This document shows, in pieces, positions 58,388 to 64,000 of a DNA stretch of 64,000 nucleotides (position 1 is the first letter of the stretch; every line of letters starts with the position of its first letter). The notes beneath the pieces are model-generated. The model did no database searches and was not told the origin of the DNA. It saw only the letters and a program-made list of their open reading frames with translations. Location: the NCBI GenBank assembly GCA_043820105.1, contig JBDREC010000029.1, positions 1 to 64,000 on the forward strand, read 5' to 3'. Source of the DNA: Pseudomonadota bacterium (GTDB taxonomy: Bacteria; Bdellovibrionota_F; JAHFAK01; JBDREC01). Made by a program: the position numbers and the translations under genes.

Positions 58388-60316
58388 ATGAAGTTTCTAA
58401 AAATACTACTGCTAATATCGATTATATTTTCTTTTAAACTAGCAGCTATTTCTGAAGCTGATAAAATGTTTTATATTGAAAGTCTTTCTGACCCAACGAG
58501 TGATATAAGGGAAATTCAAATTGCAATTCAAGAATTATTGAATCCTGAAGCTTATGATGAAAGAGCAGTTATGGCAGTATCTAATTATCTGGAAATCATG
58601 GAAGTTTCTTCAAAAGAAGAACTAGCTTTATTTAAAGAATCTGTCAGAAGACTTTGCATCTTAGGTGATGAAACCTTTTTAGATCATGCTTTGGAAAATA
58701 TAGCATCCACTGAAAACCAAAAAAAAATTGACCATGCCCTGGATATAATAAATAAACACAATCGCTTACCTGTTTTTGTTAAGCTTATGACCTTATTTAT
58801 TCTAACAGATCCTGCTTATAAAAAAAGCAAACTATTACAAATTGTGAATGAATTTTGTGCCAAAACAGGCATTAATTTTGAAAAATTAAGTCAAGCCCAA
58901 AGAAATGGAGTCCTTCAGCTTGCAAGACAAACATACACAGTGTCAGAACTTTTAGCAATAGCCCGTTTATCAAACCCTGCATATTTTGACTCAAGGGTTG
59001 AGGCTTATTTAATAGAAGTTTTAGTAGATGCAGAAAAACTTCCTCAGGCTCGCCTGAGCGCTGCACACGCTTTAATTCGAAATGCTTCTTCATTATCAAA
59101 TATCGGTGTTAGGGCCGTTATTTTAAGCATAACTAGTGAAGATCTTGGAAAATTTACTTTTCAAAATTCATTGACAGCAGACGCTCTGGGAGAAAAACTA
59201 ACAACTGCATTAATCAATGAAATTTTAACTTCTAGATCAAAGCAAATAAGAATCAGAGCTTTGATTGCTTTAACCATTGGAAACATTGAAGTTAATAAAC
59301 GAACAATAAATAAATCAATTGAAGCTCTGTGTACTATGGCTAATTTTGATCATAGTATTTTTCATTTATTTGCAGAACATGTTGCCACACGAATAATTTC
59401 TAATTCACCTGAGCTTGCAAATACTATTATAGATGAGGTTCTCGCAACAAAAAGACCCGAAATTCGCGATCGTATTGAAAGACAACTTAATGCTTATGAA
59501 TCAAAAGAACAGAGATTTTCCCTTCAACAAGAGAATATAGGGCTGAATATTCCTTTGGCTGAAGTTTTAAGATTTGAAGCTGGAGCATCGAATAATGATG
59601 CAATGATGCAGCTTTTAAATTTTGTCAAAGACCTCAACGATGATATAGATTTGATAATTACTAAGGTTAAAGATGGTGAAAATCCTAAAACAATGGATTT
59701 CCTATTTTTCAAAGAAATTCGTATGGCCTTATTGGATGTTTCCGGAAGAACACACAACCTTCATATTTTGCTTGATTTATCTTCAAGGCTAATCGTTGAA
59801 ATGTTAGAAAACAACTGGGAAGATATGTGCTCTCGGCAAAGTTCATTACTTGAATTAACAGAAATTCTAATGGCTCTTTCAAGTGATGCTCCTCCAAATA
59901 TTAAAACAATAATATTTTTAAGCCACTATAAAACAGTGGCAAAATTAACCTCCTTTCCTCCTGTCAGCGCTAGTTCAGGATTTAGACTGGCATACATGGT
60001 TTGGCTAAACTCATTTACAAGACATCCGGAACCTGAAATTGCAAAAGCAGCACGGGAAATGAGCGCAAGAGTTTTAAACTGGCAGCATCCAATAAGTCAA
60101 AGCCAGGCACCTCGATACTTTGAATCACTATCTCTTGAAACTTTGACAGCACAAGAAGCAAGTGATGTAGACCTTAGTCCCGCACTAAAAGCCGCCAGAA
60201 GAATCGATGTAACTCAAGAAAATGAAACCTCTGGTCGGGTTATCAGAATAGATCCCGCCAGGGAAAAGGCAGAAGCTCGAACAAGAGAAACCATAATTAA
60301 AGGGGAAAAAAAGTAA
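58388..60316 (+). CDS. Orphan secreted alpha-solenoid/HEAT-like protein
   Basis: Signal peptide; LPQARLSAAHAL, SKQIRIRALIAL, PEPEIAKAA repeats. Confidence 0.8.
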   Translation: MKFLKILLLISIIFSFKLAAISEADKMFYIESLSDPTSDIREIQIAIQELLNPEAYDERAVMAVSNYLEIMEVSSKEELALFKESVRRLCILGDETFLDHALENIASTENQKKIDHALDIINKHNRLPVFVKLMTLFILTDPAYKKSKLLQIVNEFCAKTGINFEKLSQAQRNGVLQLARQTYTVSELLAIARLSNPAYFDSRVEAYLIEVLVDAEKLPQARLSAAHALIRNASSLSNIGVRAVILSITSEDLGKFTFQNSLTADALGEKLTTALINEILTSRSKQIRIRALIALTIGNIEVNKRTINKSIEALCTMANFDHSIFHLFAEHVATRIISNSPELANTIIDEVLATKRPEIRDRIERQLNAYESKEQRFSLQQENIGLNIPLAEVLRFEAGASNNDAMMQLLNFVKDLNDDIDLIITKVKDGENPKTMDFLFFKEIRMALLDVSGRTHNLHILLDLSSRLIVEMLENNWEDMCSRQSSLLELTEILMALSSDAPPNIKTIIFLSHYKTVAKLTSFPPVSASSGFRLAYMVWLNSFTRHPEPEIAKAAREMSARVLNWQHPISQSQAPRYFESLSLETLTAQEASDVDLSPALKAARRIDVTQENETSGRVIRIDPAREKAEARTRETIIKGEKK

Positions 60317-60377
60317 AAAAAATAGTTTTAAAGGAAAACAAAAGCCATGTAACCTCTGAAGCTGTACGCTGTACACC

Positions 60378-61595
60378 CTATCTTTCGTTTTTCACAAACT
60401 CTTCCACCATCTTATCATTAAATACATTTTTAAGCCAAAAGGAAACACTCACCAAATTTAATCCTTCATAACAGATAAAGCCTTTTTGCATGTCTATTTG
60501 AGACTCATAGTATTTAATAAAAGAGTAGTTATTAGGTGCATTGTTAATTACAATATAAAATATATCAAAACAACTTTCATTTTCGCAATCAGTGCTCAAG
60601 TCCTCAGAGTGCCTATCAAAAACGATTAAATCTTTTTTCTCTATTAAAACTTGTTGAGCATTACAAACTTTAAACTGACTTACATTAGGCAAAATGTAAT
60701 CTCTCTTGTTTGGAATTTCATTAGCTTTTGCTAACTCTTCAAATGTTGGAGCAAGACACTCATCAAATAGATTTAAAAAATATTCAACATATCCAGCATC
60801 ACCCAAGACTCCTGACCTATATGTTAAATAATGAGGAGCATAAACCCTGTATTCAGGATTTTCCTTTGTACCCAAATTATGGCATTTTGGAGGATTTTCA
60901 AAAGTTGGGCAATTAGGGCATGGATTCTCCCAGTCGTAGTTAAATTGCTCTGGTCTATTTTCATAATAAAGGGATATCTCTGAAATTGAAAATTTAACTG
61001 CTGACTCTGCTTTAAACTTTCTTATCGCTTCCATAATTAATTTAATTGGCAAGGATTTTGATTTCTTATAAGTCTTTCTTTCTATTTCTCTATCATCGAA
61101 AGTTTTAACAACTGTAAACTCAACAGGCAATTTTACTGAATATCCTGCATGTTCAAGGTATCTTATATTCGAAATATAAGCTCTTCCTTCCATTTCATCA
61201 ATTGACATCATTGGTTCAGGAATAGGATAAAAGTCATTGTCTTCTAAAAAAGGTGGTTCATAATAAATTACTGGTGGTTCATTTGAAGATATCATGTCAG
61301 ATTCATTGTGATAAACAAAATCACTATTATTGGCAACGGAATCTTCTAGATAAGAAGGATCAACACTTCCATAATAAATTTTCTCTTGGCCTGGTGTTAT
61401 AGGAATTTTATCAACAGACGGATAATTTATATCAGAGATCTCATCTTTTTGCATTTTATCAATTCTAATATTTGAAAAGTTTTTTTTTGGAATATTTTCA
61501 AAAAACTCTTCATCCTCTTCTGCGATCACTGAAAAAGAAACTAATAAATTAAAGATAAAAAAGATTATTAAAATTGTTCTTATTTTCATTTTCAC
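60378..61595 (-). CDS. Orphan secreted protein
   Basis: Signal peptide ending VIA/EE, acidic Pro-rich N-terminal region, several Cys. Confidence 0.75.
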   Translation of the reverse strand: MKMKIRTILIIFFIFNLLVSFSVIAEEDEEFFENIPKKNFSNIRIDKMQKDEISDINYPSVDKIPITPGQEKIYYGSVDPSYLEDSVANNSDFVYHNESDMISSNEPPVIYYEPPFLEDNDFYPIPEPMMSIDEMEGRAYISNIRYLEHAGYSVKLPVEFTVVKTFDDREIERKTYKKSKSLPIKLIMEAIRKFKAESAVKFSISEISLYYENRPEQFNYDWENPCPNCPTFENPPKCHNLGTKENPEYRVYAPHYLTYRSGVLGDAGYVEYFLNLFDECLAPTFEELAKANEIPNKRDYILPNVSQFKVCNAQQVLIEKKDLIVFDRHSEDLSTDCENESCFDIFYIVINNAPNNYSFIKYYESQIDMQKGFICYEGLNLVSVSFWLKNVFNDKMVEEFVKNER

Positions 61596-61639
61596 CCCAA
61601 CTGTCTAAAATTATTATAAACAAGTTCATCAACATATAA

Positions 61640-61655
61640 TGCAAAGCTCATACCA
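61640..61655 (-). promoter_or_regulatory. Sigma-54 promoter
   Basis: TGGTATGAGCTTTGCA (GG-N10-GC). Confidence 0.7.
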
Positions 61656-61772
61656 AAACTACAAACATTATTTAACAAATAATTACAACCGCTTACAAAA
61701 ATCCATTTCGTTTTTTATGTTAAGTTCGTTCAAATAACTGCTTACATTTACAAATTTAAGTATTGGGGAATT

Positions 61773-63449
61773 TTAATTAAATTGCATAAGCTTTCTAGCT
61801 CCAACAAAATCATAATGAATATCAACTGGAATTTCCTTTAATGAGTCCAGGGCATTTTTCATATCAGCATCCATTACTGCATATTTATCAACAAAAGCCT
61901 TGGCTTTATCATAATCTAAAGAGGCCTGAACTTTAATTAGGTTTTCTAAAAGATCTAAATTTGCCTGATTGGCCAAACGTGAATCAACTGCATATTTTTT
62001 TGTTTCCATGTTATAGCTAAGAGCACTATGCTTTTTAAGAAAATTATATTTTATTAAACTTGCCTTAGCATAGGGATCGTTTATTCCCCATCTGACAGAT
62101 CTGAAAAATCCCGCTAAGGCTGTTGGCCATAGACTGGCAATTAAGGATTCATCAAGAATACCCAGCTTTGTTAGATATTCAATAATATAGTATCCTATTA
62201 CATCTGCTTTGCATTCTTCAAGATTATTATTCATATCCTTTAAAGCTTTTCCGATATCCTGTTCTGTCCCATCTTCCTTTACAATAACACCAGGCCCCAT
62301 GGTATGCCCAACTTCATGAAACAGATTGAAATAGAAAAAAACATCATCTGAAACGTTCACTGCTTGCTCCTTATCAAGAACATTTTTAGCGATTGGTATT
62401 AAAATAGAATCTGCCTTTGCCTGAATAACGTTTCTTATCATTGTTTTTTTTGCACCATATTTTGTACGAACAAGTTCATTGTTGGGAAGAACAAAGGCCA
62501 TCATTTTAGCTCCAATGCTTGCATCTGCCGTTGAATAGAAAAGGTTCACAACAATAATCGGGGCATCTTGTTTTCTCTTCAAATATTTAATCTTCTTAGA
62601 GATGGGAAGGCTTTCTTCTATTGCAACAAAATGTGTGTTTAAAAAATCCAGTTTTTGAGACGCTTCTGTGTCTTTTATGGCAAGGAAGGTCATGAAAGAG
62701 GCTTTATATTCGAGCAGCCGATCTGAATAAGGCTCATATGGTCCAAAAGTTACTTCAACTTTATTGTTTTTCAAATTCAGCCAGGAAACATCGCTGTCAA
62801 AATAGTCATTATCCAGAAAATCAATAGCCCTGGCTTTAAGATAGGTTTTTAAGGTTTCATCTTGGGTAAGCCCTGCTGCTTCATTAAACAAGACAGCGAT
62901 TCTTTCAAGATCTTCTTTATATTCAATGCTGTATGGAACAGCAATAAGTTTATCTGTTTGCCTTCTGATAACCGTAAAATCTGATTCAAAGGCCTTTTTA
63001 TCCTCAGGGTGCTCGCTTATCCATTTTTCGAATTCTTCTTTAGTAAATCCTTTGGGGTAAAAATTTCCTCCCAAATCATTATCAGGAATTCCTGGAATAA
63101 AGGACTTAAAATCATTTAAATAATCAAACGGTGATTGATTTATTAAAAAATACTCCAGCATCTTTTTATTACCAAGTGTTCCTGCTTCAAGTTTGTTTAA
63201 CCATTCTTCATTATCAGCGTGTATCTGCCTCAGATAAATTAAATTAGCTATATCAGCAGCTTCAATCAGTTTTTTTAAAACAAGTTTGTCTGATTTACTA
63301 AGCAAAGAAATATCAGGATCAATATCGACTATCTTATATTGAGCAAGCAACTTATCCATCTTTGTATCATCTGAAGTTTTAAAATGTTTGATAGAACAGG
63401 AAATAAAAAGTAATAAAACAAATAAAACTGACAGGATTTTGATTTTCAT
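61773..63449 (-). CDS. Peptidase M49 (dipeptidyl peptidase III-like) lipoprotein
   Basis: FISC lipobox; NFYP, GPYEPY.D.L, AFVLPN, HEVGH, EECKAD, FRSVRWG motifs. Confidence 0.88.
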   Translation of the reverse strand: MKIKILSVLFVLLLFISCSIKHFKTSDDTKMDKLLAQYKIVDIDPDISLLSKSDKLVLKKLIEAADIANLIYLRQIHADNEEWLNKLEAGTLGNKKMLEYFLINQSPFDYLNDFKSFIPGIPDNDLGGNFYPKGFTKEEFEKWISEHPEDKKAFESDFTVIRRQTDKLIAVPYSIEYKEDLERIAVLFNEAAGLTQDETLKTYLKARAIDFLDNDYFDSDVSWLNLKNNKVEVTFGPYEPYSDRLLEYKASFMTFLAIKDTEASQKLDFLNTHFVAIEESLPISKKIKYLKRKQDAPIIVVNLFYSTADASIGAKMMAFVLPNNELVRTKYGAKKTMIRNVIQAKADSILIPIAKNVLDKEQAVNVSDDVFFYFNLFHEVGHTMGPGVIVKEDGTEQDIGKALKDMNNNLEECKADVIGYYIIEYLTKLGILDESLIASLWPTALAGFFRSVRWGINDPYAKASLIKYNFLKKHSALSYNMETKKYAVDSRLANQANLDLLENLIKVQASLDYDKAKAFVDKYAVMDADMKNALDSLKEIPVDIHYDFVGARKLMQFN

Positions 63450-63557
63450 TATTTCTCCAAATTTACTAAATTATAAGATTTGTATAAAATAAATTATTAA
63501 AGAAATAATGATATTGCAATGATGAAAATATTTATAGAAAATAGGCAGCGATTTTAT

Positions 63558-64000
63558 TTAAAAAATACCCATAACAGCGGTGTCCTGTATTTCATCTTCA
63601 ATTGGTTCAACATATTTTATTATTCTGCACTCTGTATTTACAAAATAATCAGGATTTTCTGTTTTTGGATCTGTATCAAATGGAAAAATAATTTCTTCTG
63701 CAAGTCTACTCTCAACAACTACTGGGCCGGACAACGTTTTTCCAGATAAGGATATTATGATTGCTTCATCAGAAAAATACTCAAGCTCAAGATTATAAAT
63801 TAAAGGAAATAAATTTAAAAGGTTCCCAGGATTTTCCAAATCTTCATTATGTGGCAATATTATTTCTGCCTCAGTTGTCCCAAGCAAACCTTCTTCAAAA
63901 TCATTAGGAATTATAAAAAGTCTATAAGATTGACTATATAAAACAGCTGTGTTTACAAAAATAAATTCACAAAATAACACATTTTTTTCTGCCTCAGATA
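63558..64000 (-). CDS. Hypothetical protein, 5' end beyond the window
   Basis: Frame stays open to the window edge; acidic C-terminal fragment. Confidence 0.55.
   Translation of the reverse strand, partial: SEAEKNVLFCEFIFVNTAVLYSQSYRLFIIPNDFEEGLLGTTEAEIILPHNEDLENPGNLLNLFPLIYNLELEYFSDEAIIISLSGKTLSGPVVVESRLAEEIIFPFDTDPKTENPDYFVNTECRIIKYVEPIEDEIQDTAVMGIF

Noticed and set aside
72..63749. Numerous 60-150 aa antisense or nested ORFs in the six-frame track
   Set aside because: They lie within longer, well-supported genes and show no motifs or RBS; treated as shadow ORFs

Overview
AT-rich bacterial chromosomal window. Gene content (MshEN, Zn-ribbon/GYF/TPR membrane protein, PF01704-type UDPGP, many secreted orphans) suggests a deltaproteobacteria-like or Bdellovibrionota/Myxococcota-type lineage; this is inference. 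Housekeeping genes (iscS/nifS, serA, class V aminotransferase, HU, metK, recD2, aspC-type aminotransferase, methionine gamma-lyase, GH13) alternate with orphan secreted or membrane proteins. No rRNA, tRNA or CRISPR array was recognised. Main observations: (1) ten loci carry sigma-54 (GG-N10-GC/GA) sites, mostly upstream of orphan secreted genes; (2) two of those genes encode giant modular effector-like proteins, one with JAMM + FHA + calpain-like protease motifs and one with HExxH + a possible nuclease-like module + a PP2C phosphatase; (3) a WecA/TagO-type transferase is fused to a degenerate GGDEF domain that keeps its RxxD I-site; (4) a RAYT-like HUH transposase lies between perfect 21-bp inverted repeats, followed by an ISAs1 remnant; (5) 7- and 8-mer intergenic repeat arrays are dispersed through the window, two forming homologous hairpins just before RBSs; (6) an unannotated 33-aa membrane microprotein has its own sigma-54 site. 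All calls were made by eye from motifs; no searches were run.
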